From Candidatus Saccharimonadota bacterium (GTDB lineage Archaea > Micrarchaeota > Micrarchaeia > Micrarchaeales > Micrarchaeaceae), in assembly GCA_963698035.1 (NCBI GenBank), contig OY969114.1, positions 744,854 through 776,853 of the forward strand: 32,000 nucleotides of DNA, written 5' to 3'. Below, piece by piece: positions 1 through 8,678 of this stretch. The position numbers and the translations under genes are program-made. The first letter of the stretch is position 1, and every line of letters begins with the position of its first letter. The notes beneath the pieces were generated by a model. It was not told where the DNA came from. It searched no databases and saw nothing but the letters and a program-made list of their open reading frames with translations.

Positions 1-340
1 CGAGCGTCAGGGGGTCTTCTACCATGAGGTTCTCTGACCTCTTGACTCTGGCTACCTCCCTCACCTCTTCATCAACGGTTAGAAACCTGTGTATTATCCC
101 AATACCCCCGAGCCTCGCCATCGCGATAGCCATGGAGGCCTCTGTCACGACGTCCATATTTGCACTTACTACCGGTATGCCCAGCTCTATCTTTCTCGTT
201 AGGCGGCTCCTGGTGTCGACCATCTTGCGCGTCCTTACATCAGAATACTTCGGGACAAGCAGCACATCGTCAAAGGTCAATGCCGGGCCACTGTGTGCAG
301 CAAAAACTCTCATCTTGGAATTAGTACCCCTCTTTACCAT
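1..340 (-). CDS. guaB: IMP dehydrogenase, N-terminal part (gene continues beyond the window start)
   Basis: Minus-strand translation from the ATG at 338-340 reads [86 protein letters not shown]... This matches the conserved IMPDH N-terminus ([10 protein letters not shown], SANMDxVTE, GGIGIIH). It runs off the window edge, so it is missing from the ORF track. ATG 311-313 is an alternative start. Confidence 0.85.
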   Translation of the reverse strand, partial: MVKRGTNSKMRVFAAHSGPALTFDDVLLVPKYSDVRTRKMVDTRSRLTRKIELGIPVVSANMDVVTEASMAIAMARLGGIGIIHRFLTVDEEVREVARVKRSENLMVEDPLTL

Positions 341-472
341 AGAATCCGTATACTATGGATACGCACACTAATATTTAATCATTGCGCAGATAGGGCGAGC
401 ATAAAGAACCGCACCGGGGCAGGCTAGAAAACCCCAGAAAGCTATAAATATCTGGATAATGTGAGCTTTTTT

Positions 473-760
473 ATGATTGAAATAGCAGCGCAAGATGTAT
501 TGAGGGATGCGCAACATACAGTGTCTCGGGTGGACACTAGTGCCGGAAGCGAGGTTTCTGACAGCCACGCGAGATATTTAGCAAGAATGGCAAATCGCAC
601 TGCCGTTGATAGCAATCCATCTCTATATTTGAGGGCGCAACCTAAAGATATTACAGCAAGGATGGCCAAGTTTAATGGCGATAAAATTATGGTCCTTGCA
701 CTCGGCGCAACTACTTTTGTTCTTACAGAAATCAGTAACTTAGCGCCGCTATTAAGGTAG
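473..760 (+). CDS. hypothetical protein
   Basis: Track ORF 461-760. The ATG at 473 lies 29 nt after the ATAAATATC box at 444-452, which is the leaderless spacing seen at other genes here. The sequence is charged and non-repetitive. The antisense ORF 442-792 looks less protein-like. No motif recognised. Confidence 0.4.
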   Translation: MIEIAAQDVLRDAQHTVSRVDTSAGSEVSDSHARYLARMANRTAVDSNPSLYLRAQPKDITARMAKFNGDKIMVLALGATTFVLTEISNLAPLLR

Positions 761-795
761 TCTAATCTAACTAGGGACAGAGTATGCTCCAATCA

Positions 796-1017
796 TTAGT
801 CTGTGCGCCTGGAAATTCCCGACCTTAATTGGGGCGAAGGCATAAGTGCAGTGCAACAGCCATCACAACCGTGAACACTTCCTTCCCTTCCCATCTGTTT
901 TGGATACCATATGGTATGACCAATACCGTGTTTGCATGTCCATTCTAATCTGCCGTCCTCTCGGTAATTCAATTCTTCTTTTTTATATCCTTTCGCAACT
1001 TGTTCTCTCGTTACCAT
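796..1017 (-). CDS. small Cys/His-rich protein (putative metal-binding), function unknown
   Basis: 73 aa with CKHGIGH and HGCDGCC clusters. A GTGAT Shine-Dalgarno-like motif sits just upstream on the minus strand (aagtgatgaaagtATG). Confidence 0.55.
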   Translation of the reverse strand: MVTREQVAKGYKKEELNYREDGRLEWTCKHGIGHTIWYPKQMGREGSVHGCDGCCTALMPSPQLRSGISRRTD

Positions 1018-1123
1018 ACTTTCATCACTTATGCAAAACTAAGCTTTAAGCCTTAGCCCAAGCCCAGCTGGCTGGATTGCACCAAGCTTTTTATTTGATA
1101 TCATTGTATCATTTCCAGAGAGA

Positions 1124-2401
1124 ATGGCTGATTCAATATCATTGATCAACAACCTTTGGGTGCTGATAGCAGCGCTCCTCGTGTTCATAATGACCATAGC
1201 GGTCGGCTTCCTCGAGATGGGCGAGCTCGGCGAGGAATACCGCAAGAGTCTGCTGAAGTCGGTACTCATAATATGCTCCGCATTGTTCTTCATGGCATTC
1301 GTAGGGTTCAACCTTGCATTTGCGCCTACAATAGGGGGCATAATCGGCAACCCATTATACACCGGGCTTTTCCTTGGAGGATTCAACGGCAATGTTCCGG
1401 GACTATTGGCAGGGGTGTGGTGGTCCATGACCTCGCAGTATTTCGGTTCTGGCCTTGCTTTAGGCAGTTATTTCCTGTTCGAAACGGCGTTTGCCGCGGT
1501 CACGCTCGCCCTTGTGGGGGTTGTCGTGCTGAAGAAGATGAGGCTTAAGGCATTCCTGTTGTATTCGGCAGTGTACTTCATAATAATATGGGCGCTGCCG
1601 GCAGCGTGGATATGGAATCCTACAGGCTGGTTGTACATTATGGGCATGAGGGACTTTGCCGGCGGCTTGGTCGTCCATGGGGCTGCGGGAGCAGCCGGAT
1701 TAGGCATAATGTACCAGATATGGAGGGAGGAGAAGAAAAAGCGCTTCAAGCAGAGCCCACAGGTCCCGATAAAGCTCAATCCAATATGGCTTACCCTTGC
1801 CGTGCTGCTGCTCTGGATCGGCTGGTTTGGCTTCAACCCAGGAAGCGTGCTGGCTTTCAACAACAGTACAATGACGGTAGTACTTACAACCTTCCTTGCT
1901 GCGGCGGCAGCCATGTTCTCAACGCTGATTGTCGGGCGCATAAAAGCAAAGCAATTGCGCCGGCACGAATTACTCCTATGCGTTAATGGCATACTCATGG
2001 GCCTAATAGTGATAACACCGCTGGCCGGGTTTGTCAGCCCGCTGAGCGCCATAATACTCGGCATACTGGCCGGCCCGCTCTTTATATACGCCAACCTCTT
2101 CTTCTCCAGGTCCAAATGGTTCACCGATCCGATAGGGCTCCTTCCAGGGCACCTTGTCGGGGGATTATTCGGGGTGCTGATGATTGCGTTCTTTACCCAA
2201 GCGCCTTTCGCCGTGGCATCCGGCAACGGCACACTCCCGAACGGCATCCTGTTCGGAGGTGGAACCGTGGCGGTGGGGCAGCTCGGGATTGAGGTGTTCG
2301 GGATTGTAGTGGTTATGATAACAGTGTTCTTGCTCTCTTTTGTGACATGCGCGGTCATAGCCACAATCATGAAAGGCATAACAACTGATTACAAGCAGTA
2401 A
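1124..2401 (+). CDS. amt: ammonium transporter (Amt/MEP family)
   Basis: 425 aa polytopic membrane protein with Amt signatures DFAGGLVVHGAAGAAGL and WIGWFGFNPGS. Confidence 0.95.
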   Translation: MADSISLINNLWVLIAALLVFIMTIAVGFLEMGELGEEYRKSLLKSVLIICSALFFMAFVGFNLAFAPTIGGIIGNPLYTGLFLGGFNGNVPGLLAGVWWSMTSQYFGSGLALGSYFLFETAFAAVTLALVGVVVLKKMRLKAFLLYSAVYFIIIWALPAAWIWNPTGWLYIMGMRDFAGGLVVHGAAGAAGLGIMYQIWREEKKKRFKQSPQVPIKLNPIWLTLAVLLLWIGWFGFNPGSVLAFNNSTMTVVLTTFLAAAAAMFSTLIVGRIKAKQLRRHELLLCVNGILMGLIVITPLAGFVSPLSAIILGILAGPLFIYANLFFSRSKWFTDPIGLLPGHLVGGLFGVLMIAFFTQAPFAVASGNGTLPNGILFGGGTVAVGQLGIEVFGIVVVMITVFLLSFVTCAVIATIMKGITTDYKQ

Positions 2402-2563
2402 AGGACGCAACCAAGCCTAGCTAGGGGATAGAAAAACGCACTAGGAGTGGGCTAGAACGCCTCTCCACTTCGAAGTGCACAAGAGCTAGAGAGAAGGGAA
2501 GCGTGGAGTTACAGAGCATGCTAGATGGCCCTAGCCCACTCTTTAACGATCTTCTCCTTTTAA

Positions 2564-2884
2564 TTACCTAAACATATTTGTATCGGCAGTCGTCTTTATC
2601 TCTGGTTGCTTGGGCATAGATGGATCAGCTAATTGTTTTTCTAAATTAACTATATTTTCAGATAAGATTTTGACTAGAGCTTTTGCTGTATTTTTGCTTA
2701 TTATAAATTCGCCGATAGCTTGATGCTTCATTCCATCCACAAAAATGAGTTCTATTTGACATTCTTTCTCGATTTTCCCTTTAGCGTCTTTTGCTGCCTT
2801 CATCCTAATTGCTAAAGCAACGTCATCAGCAAAAATTGGCTTGGTGTCAAAGAAGTTTATGCTTTGTTTTTGTTCATCTACCAT
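2564..2884 (-). CDS. hypothetical protein, DUF3467-like by eye
   Basis: 106 aa. The segment IELIFVDGMKHQAIGEFIISKNTAKALVKILSENIVNLEKQL resembles the DUF3467 family pattern. The gene is AT-rich. Function unknown. Confidence 0.6.
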   Translation of the reverse strand: MVDEQKQSINFFDTKPIFADDVALAIRMKAAKDAKGKIEKECQIELIFVDGMKHQAIGEFIISKNTAKALVKILSENIVNLEKQLADPSMPKQPEIKTTADTNMFR

Positions 2885-3014
2885 AAAATCATCGTAATAT
2901 ATTCATTGGTAAAGTAATAAAAGCGTTGATAAAATGGGCTTAATTATCAAAGCCACGCCCTAAGCCAAGCTCCAGCCTAGGAAAGGAGGGGGAGTGGAGA
3001 GGGCTCTCAGAAAG

Positions 3015-3022
3015 CATATAAG
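3015..3022 (+). promoter_or_regulatory. TATA box (CATATAAG) for the SemiSWEET gene
   Basis: Lies about 29 nt upstream of ATG 3045 (leaderless spacing). The same box and context recur at 10593-10601 upstream of the paralogous pseudogene. Confidence 0.5.
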
Positions 3023-3044
3023 GATTAAGGGTTCAATTTGATGT

Positions 3045-3299
3045 ATGTATTATGTTGAAATACTTGGTTTGATTGCAGGCTTCTTCACCACAATGGCATA
3101 TGCCCCACAAGCGATAAAGGCGCTCAAGACAAAGTCCACGAAGGATCTCTCAATCTTATGGCTTTCGATTGCAGGACTTGGAACCGCATTATGGATTTTC
3201 TATGGATTCTTCATAAGTTCCATTCCCATAATACTGTGGAACGTCGGGTCAGATGTGCTAATCGTGATACTCATAATGCTGAAGCTCAAATACGGCTAA
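3045..3299 (+). CDS. SemiSWEET / PQ-loop sugar transporter (single MtN3 unit)
   Basis: 84 aa with three hydrophobic helices and the PQ-loop motif MAYAPQAIKALKTKSTKDLS. Confidence 0.9.
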   Translation: MYYVEILGLIAGFFTTMAYAPQAIKALKTKSTKDLSILWLSIAGLGTALWIFYGFFISSIPIILWNVGSDVLIVILIMLKLKYG

Positions 3300-3466
3300 T
3301 AGCCTAAGCCCTAGCCCAAGCCCCAAAACTTCATATCCTATACCCTAAGGGTCTACGCGGAGAGTTTTTCCCCCAAAATGTCAGCTCATGACTTTTTTCA
3401 TAAGTTTTACGTGCTATCGGCTGAAGCATCCATTGGTTTTATAATAGTTAAATCAGCAGTTTTTCC

Positions 3467-4198
3467 ATGAAATTATCCTTTGACCCGATTATAAAAGATG
3501 TTTTCTTCTCGATGATGCTTGTTAGAGAGATACTGCTAGGACTTGCTAGTCCGAAATACGGAACTCTTGGACTGTATTATTTTGTAAAATTGAGGAAGGA
3601 TGTTTCATACATAAGAAATGAACTAAAGAAGAACTTTTCAACAACAGATATACTCAGGCGCTCGCACGGTGCAGGTGCGCAGTACAAGGAAATTCTGCTC
3701 TACCTTCTAGTAAGGAAGCTCAGGCCTAGGCTCGCAATTGAAACGGGAGTTGGCCAAGGGGTCTCAACATACTTCATCCTGAGGGCAATGAGGGACAACG
3801 GGTTTGGGAAGCTGATTAGCATAGACCTTCCAAATAGGAACAGTAGAGGTCGCATGAATGTGGATGGTATGATGGAAACCACATACATACCAAAGAACCT
3901 AACCCCGGGCTGGCTTGTTCCAAGAAAGTGGCGGAAGAACTGGAGACTAATTCTTGGGGACTCGAAGAACGTCTTGCCGAACCTAAACTGTGCCCCTAAT
4001 CTATTCTTTCACGACTCCGAGCACTCATATGAGACTATGAAGTTTGAGTATGGGTGGGCTCTCGACCACATGAAAAAGGGGATTATAGCATCCGATGACG
4101 TTGGATGGTCCAGGGCATGGAAGGAATTTCTCAGCAAATACAGAAGCAAAGTGAGGAAGCTCCGCTTTCCTATAATAGGAGTCTCGTTGCTGCGCTGA
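3467..4198 (+). CDS. class I SAM-dependent methyltransferase (Methyltransf_24-like)
   Basis: 243 aa with Rossmann motif I AIETGVGQGVST and a later FFHDSEHSYETM. ATG is 30 nt after the TTTTATAATA box (3437-3446). Confidence 0.75.
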   Translation: MKLSFDPIIKDVFFSMMLVREILLGLASPKYGTLGLYYFVKLRKDVSYIRNELKKNFSTTDILRRSHGAGAQYKEILLYLLVRKLRPRLAIETGVGQGVSTYFILRAMRDNGFGKLISIDLPNRNSRGRMNVDGMMETTYIPKNLTPGWLVPRKWRKNWRLILGDSKNVLPNLNCAPNLFFHDSEHSYETMKFEYGWALDHMKKGIIASDDVGWSRAWKEFLSKYRSKVRKLRFPIIGVSLLR

Positions 4199-4296
4199 GC
4201 ACTCAAAACCCATCAGCCATCCTGAACCTGAGACTCAGAGGCCAGTGTCAAAGCCAAAGAGAAGCTAAGAGTGGGCTGGAAGGGCTCTAGAAATAT

Positions 4297-4305
4297 ATAA
4301 ATATC
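4297..4305 (+). promoter_or_regulatory. BRE/TATA promoter box ATAAATATC
   Basis: Consensus box 61 nt upstream of ATG 4358. A second TATA-like GATATTTAAAA at about 4336 is nearer the start, so which one is used is unclear. Confidence 0.45.
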
Positions 4306-4357
4306 TGAACGAGCGAGATAAAAACAGAGCAATACGATATTTAAAAACGGTGGAAAA

Positions 4358-5350
4358 ATGGTAACAATAGAAGGAAGCAAAACGTTTTACGCGCGTTCGC
4401 CACAGAGGATCAGCATAAGCGGCGGCGGGACCGATCTTTACGGATACGCAAGGTTCTACGGAGGAAATGTTGTGAACATTGCCGTGGACACTTATGCCAG
4501 AGTTATGGTCGAGAGAAATCCCAACCCAGGCGAAGTAAAGGCGATCTATGATAAGACCGAGAGAGTGTCAAAAGCCAAAATGCTTAGGCACGGGCCCACT
4601 GCCGAGGTGCTTCAGATGGCCGGAATAGAGTCAGGCGTTATAGTCAGATACATTGACAGCATTTCAACAGATTCCGGGATCGGCCTCAGAGGAGCGACCC
4701 ACGTTTCCGCGCTTCATGCAGCATACGCTTACGCTGGCAGAAGCATAGAGAAGGAGGAGCTTGCCCAAAAGGCAGTTGATGTCTCTAGAGTTGTAGATTT
4801 GGCGGGCGGGACCCAGGACGAGTACGCGGCCACATTTGGAGGGATAAATCACTGGAAGTCGGTGGGGGATGGGCGAGTGCTTAGAAATCCGATCAACCTG
4901 ACGGGCACAGCCCTCAAAGCCTTCATGGAATGCACAACAGTGTTCTATACTGGCACATTCGGCGATTATTCCATACTAACCGCAGAGATGGCAAGGCTGG
5001 AAAAGCACATAGACGACTTCCACAAGCTCTCGAGCCTTGCAAGACAAACGCCAGAGCCCCTTCTAAAGGGTGACATGGAAGTAGTTGGAGGGATATTGGC
5101 GGAGGACTGGGAGATAAAGCAGTCGCTGGATCCCAGTGTTGCTACGGCGAAGATGAAGCACGTTGACGGGCTTTTAAGGAAGGAGGGCGCGTGGGGCATG
5201 AAGGTCATGGGCCCCGGCAGCGGGGGTACAATAATAGTGATGGCGCCAGAGGAATTGCGTGAAAAGATAATATCTCTGATGGGTTCCGAAGGGCTGGCGC
5301 GCTACAACTTCAAGATTGACAACGAGGGCAGCAAGGTTTGGAGCCTGTAG
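4358..5350 (+). CDS. GHMP-family sugar(-phosphate) kinase, HddA/fucokinase-like
   Basis: 330 aa with RISISGGGTDL, GGTQDEYAATFGG and MGPGSGGTIIVMAP. The usual PxGSGLGSSS loop is divergent (DSGIGLRGATHVS). GGTGG lies 6 nt before the ATG. Confidence 0.85.
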   Translation: MVTIEGSKTFYARSPQRISISGGGTDLYGYARFYGGNVVNIAVDTYARVMVERNPNPGEVKAIYDKTERVSKAKMLRHGPTAEVLQMAGIESGVIVRYIDSISTDSGIGLRGATHVSALHAAYAYAGRSIEKEELAQKAVDVSRVVDLAGGTQDEYAATFGGINHWKSVGDGRVLRNPINLTGTALKAFMECTTVFYTGTFGDYSILTAEMARLEKHIDDFHKLSSLARQTPEPLLKGDMEVVGGILAEDWEIKQSLDPSVATAKMKHVDGLLRKEGAWGMKVMGPGSGGTIIVMAPEELREKIISLMGSEGLARYNFKIDNEGSKVWSL

Positions 5351-5379
5351 GGTTTGCCCGAGCTCCAAGCCTGATAAGC

Positions 5380-5387
5380 ATTATAAG
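5380..5387 (+). promoter_or_regulatory. TATA box (ATTATAAG) for the SET-domain gene
   Basis: 30 nt upstream of ATG 5410. Same box type as at 3015. Confidence 0.45.
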
Positions 5388-5409
5388 GATTGATTGCTTA
5401 CGTGTAATC

Positions 5410-5988
5410 ATGATCGCTGATTTGTTCGATATAAAAGAAACCGGCAGATACGGGAAGGGCATATTTGCAAGGAAGTTTATCCCCAAAGGCACCATTGTTC
5501 ACTTTTTATGCAGAAAATGCGGGACTTGGTCAAAAAAAGAACTGGCCAGATTGCCCAAAGATAAATTAGATTTTGTTATGGAACACGAGTATCCTATGAA
5601 ATATTGTGATGAAAGGCTTTTGTATATCAACCATTCCTGCAATCCGAATATCATGGAGTCTGGCAGGGGGTTTGATATAGTTGTAAAAGAAATTAAAGAG
5701 GGAGAAGAGGCAACGGAAGATTATAGGATATTCAAGGAAGAACTTCATTTTGCAGATGGTTGCAAGTGCGGAGAGCCGAATTGCATGAAAAGAACAACAT
5801 ATACACGCCCACCCCCGCAGAAACTACAAAGATTTTGGGATAAGAAAATAGAAGGCGCGTTGCGATTAATCAACTCAGTAAATCAGCCTTTAAAAATCCA
5901 ATTAGTGAAGGAACATCCGGATTTAAGCCATTTTTTCAATAAGAACGGAAAGCAACCAAAGCTCTTGAATACTGTTAGGGTGCCATGA
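5410..5988 (+). CDS. SET-domain protein (putative protein lysine methyltransferase)
   Basis: Contains GKGIFA, NHSCNPN and EGEEATEDY, plus a Cys-rich post-SET CKCGEPNC. I set the start at ATG 5410 (MIADLFDIKETGRYGKG). The track start at 5338 lies inside the upstream gene and spacer. Confidence 0.85.
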   Translation: MIADLFDIKETGRYGKGIFARKFIPKGTIVHFLCRKCGTWSKKELARLPKDKLDFVMEHEYPMKYCDERLLYINHSCNPNIMESGRGFDIVVKEIKEGEEATEDYRIFKEELHFADGCKCGEPNCMKRTTYTRPPPQKLQRFWDKKIEGALRLINSVNQPLKIQLVKEHPDLSHFFNKNGKQPKLLNTVRVP

Positions 5989-6155
5989 TGCATATTTTAA
6001 AGCGTCATGATCCTTCTCAAAAGGATATAAACAGGCATCTGGAGGATCTTGGCATTAGGCCGCCACCACTAGTGAGAAAAGAGGAGGAGAAGAAGACACA
6101 GCCTCCGCCAACAGCACGGTCACTCACCCAACGCATATTCCGCTATACGAGATAA
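5988..6155 (+). CDS. possible small protein (55 aa), positional evidence only
   Basis: ORF below the track size cutoff: MHILKRHDPSQKDINRHLEDLGIRPPPLVRKEEEKKTQPPPTARSLTQRIFRYTR. Its ATG overlaps the SET-gene stop (ATGATG). Confidence 0.25.
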   Translation: MHILKRHDPSQKDINRHLEDLGIRPPPLVRKEEEKKTQPPPTARSLTQRIFRYTR

Positions 6156-6263
6156 GCCCCCAACTTAATCATTAAATCACAGTGTGAAAAGAGAAGGTAT
6201 TATAGAATTAGACGTGGAAGGGTTGTAAATCATTGATGGATAGACGCTAAAAAAGATGATAAA

Positions 6264-6557
6264 ATGGCAAGGAAAACAAGAAGAAGTTTTTGGGAACATT
6301 TCTCACTACCTCGAATTGTAGGAGCAGTATTTGTACTATTCTCAGTAAATGGGATAATACGAACAGAAACTACCGACTTTATATTACACAGATTAGTTAC
6401 ATCAAGTACATATGCGCATACAATTATTTTACACCTTCTTATATCGGGTTCTGGGGTGTTGGCACTTCTCTCCAACGTCATAATATTGATAATCGGAATA
6501 GTGTTGATAGTATTTGATATGAAATTATTCATACCACATACAAGAAGAGTAAGTTGA
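6264..6557 (+). CDS. small membrane protein, function unknown
   Basis: 97 aa with a basic N-terminus followed by hydrophobic helices (IVGAVFVLFSV, GSGVLALLSNVIILIIGIVLIVF). Preferred over antisense ORF 6230-6532. Confidence 0.45.
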   Translation: MARKTRRSFWEHFSLPRIVGAVFVLFSVNGIIRTETTDFILHRLVTSSTYAHTIILHLLISGSGVLALLSNVIILIIGIVLIVFDMKLFIPHTRRVS

Positions 6558-6561
6558 TTGG

Positions 6562-6756
6562 GTGAAACTGCAAGAATTTATCAGCGCTTGCAATAGATTT
6601 AAAGGTAAGACGATTACACTTAAAAATGGGATCAAACTCCATATGGAGGAAATACCCGAGATAGAGAATAATAGATTTCCTCTCAACTATCCACACATGG
6701 GAAGGAAGAAATGGATAAACATTAAGAATGTTGTTGCAGTTGAAGAATGGAAGTGA
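6562..6756 (+). CDS. hypothetical small protein
   Basis: 64 aa. A GTG start lies 4 nt after the previous stop, which looks operon-like. No motif recognised. Confidence 0.35.
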   Translation: MKLQEFISACNRFKGKTITLKNGIKLHMEEIPEIENNRFPLNYPHMGRKKWINIKNVVAVEEWK

Positions 6757-6811
6757 CGTCCAAATCCCTAGCCCGAGAAGGAAGGAGCGCTCGAGAGACC
6801 TCAAGAAAAGT

Positions 6812-6820
6812 ATAAATATC
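6812..6820 (+). promoter_or_regulatory. BRE/TATA promoter box ATAAATATC (with shared leader module)
   Basis: AAGAAAAGT-ATAAATATC-ATAATAAAGTGAGC..TGTGAGAAA-ATG. The box lies 37 nt before ATG 6849. Its first 22 nt are identical to the copy at 12732. Confidence 0.65.
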
Positions 6821-6848
6821 ATAATAAAGTGAGCATTGCTGTGAGAAA

Positions 6849-7382
6849 ATGGTACGATATAATCAGAGAGCAAAACCAGCGGAAGATCTTGCAAGAGAGG
6901 TTACGGGTGCTCTGGGACATGATCCAATTTCATTACTGCGTATAGAATCTTATCCAGTCAGAATACGCAACGGGATAGAAATCATGATAGAACCGCCTTT
7001 TGAAACACAAGGCAATGTAAGGGACACGGTTCGAAACGCGATGAAAATGGTTGAAGAAGCTATTCGTGTTACAAACGAGGAGTTTAAATCTGGCCCGAAG
7101 GTAAAACTAGCGCGTGTAGAATTTCAAGTGGGTAGAGAGTACGATTCTATGAATGTCCGCGCCTGCTTTGGAAAAGACGATAATAAATTTGATAGGGGAA
7201 CCAAGGACTCCTTACATTATGCGCTTAGCGGGATGGGAGCGACTGAGATAAGTGAGAGTGTAAATTACCAACTGCGAGCGTTTGAGCTTTACTTCTCCAT
7301 GTCAACAATAGGCAAAAAACTCCACCCGCCGCAGATTTCCACAGAAGCTGTAAGGGAAGCAGTACAACGAAAAGACGCTTAG
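6849..7382 (+). CDS. hypothetical protein
   Basis: 177 aa, hydrophilic, no motif recognised. Headed by the shared promoter-leader module. Confidence 0.65.
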   Translation: MVRYNQRAKPAEDLAREVTGALGHDPISLLRIESYPVRIRNGIEIMIEPPFETQGNVRDTVRNAMKMVEEAIRVTNEEFKSGPKVKLARVEFQVGREYDSMNVRACFGKDDNKFDRGTKDSLHYALSGMGATEISESVNYQLRAFELYFSMSTIGKKLHPPQISTEAVREAVQRKDA

Positions 7383-7425
7383 TCTTTCTTCATACTTCGA
7401 GCCCGGGCCCCAGTTCTGCGTGGAA

Positions 7426-7860
7426 TTACTCCGAATAACCGAAAGAAATAGTATTATATTCATCGGTATCATAAACGCAAACGCCCTCTTCGTGCCACAA
7501 AACAAACTCTTTAATCCCAACATCTAGGGACATTTTACTGCAGATTGTGCAGTACGGTTTCCCGGCTCTTGCGGCATTATTATCCTTGTCAAGGCGCATG
7601 AAATATAGTCTAGAGCCCACGATTTTGTCAGGATTATTTCTTAATGCATCCATAATCGCTCTTTGCTCTGCGTGCATGCAGCAAGTTTTGTCCGTAACTT
7701 TTTTATTATATGATTCCTTTGAATATGTGCATCTCCTTTGCTCTTCTTTGTTTTGTGGTGGAGAATTGAACCCCTTTCCGATTATCGCGCCGTCTTTAAT
7801 AATTACAGCGCCGCATTTGTGGCGATTACAAGTAGAGTTTAAGGCGGCCTTGGCTGCCAT
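7426..7860 (-). CDS. CMP/dCMP deaminase family zinc-dependent deaminase
   Basis: 144 aa with CMHAEQRAI (H-A-E motif) and PYCTICSKM (PCxxC motif). Confidence 0.9.
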   Translation of the reverse strand: MAAKAALNSTCNRHKCGAVIIKDGAIIGKGFNSPPQNKEEQRRCTYSKESYNKKVTDKTCCMHAEQRAIMDALRNNPDKIVGSRLYFMRLDKDNNAARAGKPYCTICSKMSLDVGIKEFVLWHEEGVCVYDTDEYNTISFGYSE

Positions 7861-7970
7861 ATTGAGATATACTATTGCGTCTTTTTCCCCTTTCCAGATA
7901 AGTATTGCATAATGCTTATACTATGTAAACGTTTTAATCCTGGTGGTAAAGGCAGTGACGCTGACCCAGA

Positions 7971-8678
7971 TCAAGTCTTTAACTGGCCCAGCAGACCGGA
8001 TACCCATTTGATTATTCCTTCGAAGAAAGTGTATGCGCCGGAGAGAAGCCCTGTCCCGGACGATGGACTTGAGGATACGGCGGGCGTCCCGGTGCTACTT
8101 ATGGTCCCGTTCTCGGCGTACGCATACACTGTGTAATTTGAGCTCTGCGAGCTGTACCCAGGCACAAGCATCTGTATCCCCGTCTGGTTCGTCATCGGCA
8201 CAAGGGTAAGCGGCTGTCCGAATGTTATATTATAGCCCTCTTTCTGGGCTGCGCTTGTAGCCTGTTGCGCTGTGATGAGCTTTGCTGTGCTGTACGGGGC
8301 CACGACCCCGCTGTACGCAAACAGTTTCATGGTTGAGCAGCCCTGCTCCGTGTTGTTGGACAGGACAAAGACCACCGCGGGACTTGCGGTAAGGCCGCTG
8401 GGCCCGGAGAACCTGTAATCAGCATATAAGAGATATGAGCTGCCCGGTGCAGAGTTCTTAGTGTAGTTTATCGCACTGGGAGAGATTATCTGCGCTGTGC
8501 TAAAGCCTGTGAAGTTGTAGTAGCTGTACACCCAACCTATGTTCCCGACAATCCCGACGAGCTTTGCGCCGGAGTAGTTTGCCACCTGCGGCGCGGTGCA
8601 CACAACGCTCTGTGCGCTCACCATCTGCATCGAGAAAACCGCAACGGCCACGAAAATGGCAATTACCTTCAGCGACAT
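7971..8678 (-). CDS. secreted or surface protein, probable glycoprotein, function unknown
   Basis: 235 aa with signal peptide MSLKVIAIFVAVAVFSMQMVSAQS, Ser/Thr/Tyr-rich composition and eight N-x-S/T sequons. A TATA box at 8702-8710 lies about 25-30 nt from the start. Confidence 0.8.
   Translation of the reverse strand: MSLKVIAIFVAVAVFSMQMVSAQSVVCTAPQVANYSGAKLVGIVGNIGWVYSYYNFTGFSTAQIISPSAINYTKNSAPGSSYLLYADYRFSGPSGLTASPAVVFVLSNNTEQGCSTMKLFAYSGVVAPYSTAKLITAQQATSAAQKEGYNITFGQPLTLVPMTNQTGIQMLVPGYSSQSSNYTVYAYAENGTISSTGTPAVSSSPSSGTGLLSGAYTFFEGIIKWVSGLLGQLKT

Noticed and set aside
24-371. 115-aa + strand ORF at the window start
   Set aside because: It is the antisense shadow of the guaB N-terminus. 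The minus-strand translation carries unmistakable IMPDH motifs, and the + strand product is Ser/Thr/Leu-rich with no features.
442-792. 116-aa minus-strand ORF competing with 473-760
   Set aside because: The sequence is low-information and Leu/Ser/Ala-rich, with no upstream promoter box. The + strand ORF has the ATAAATATC box at leaderless spacing. Even so, neither ORF is strongly supported.
1468-2379. 303-aa minus-strand ORF and several other ORFs (1039-1428, 1156-1548, 1588-1986, 2165-2410) overlapping the amt gene
   Set aside because: All lie inside the strongly supported Amt coding region on other frames or the other strand, and none has a promoter or recognisable motif. They are shadow ORFs typical of GC-balanced coding sequence.
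3029-3040. tRNA-like T-loop strings (GGGTTCAATTTG here, GGGTTCAATCTA at 10609, CGCTTCGAATCC at 30331)
   Set aside because: The flanking sequence cannot form T-stems, acceptor stems or anticodon arms. The first two lie between a TATA box and a start codon, and the third is inside a coding region.
5338-5409. Upstream start for the SET-domain gene as in the ORF track
   Set aside because: The extension begins inside the 3' end of the kinase gene and reads through the spacer and the TATA box. ATG 5410 has proper leaderless spacing from that box.
6529-6894. 121-aa minus-strand ORF
   Set aside because: It runs antisense across two + strand ORFs, a spacer module and the ATAAATATC promoter and leader of the 6849 gene, which is implausible for a real gene.
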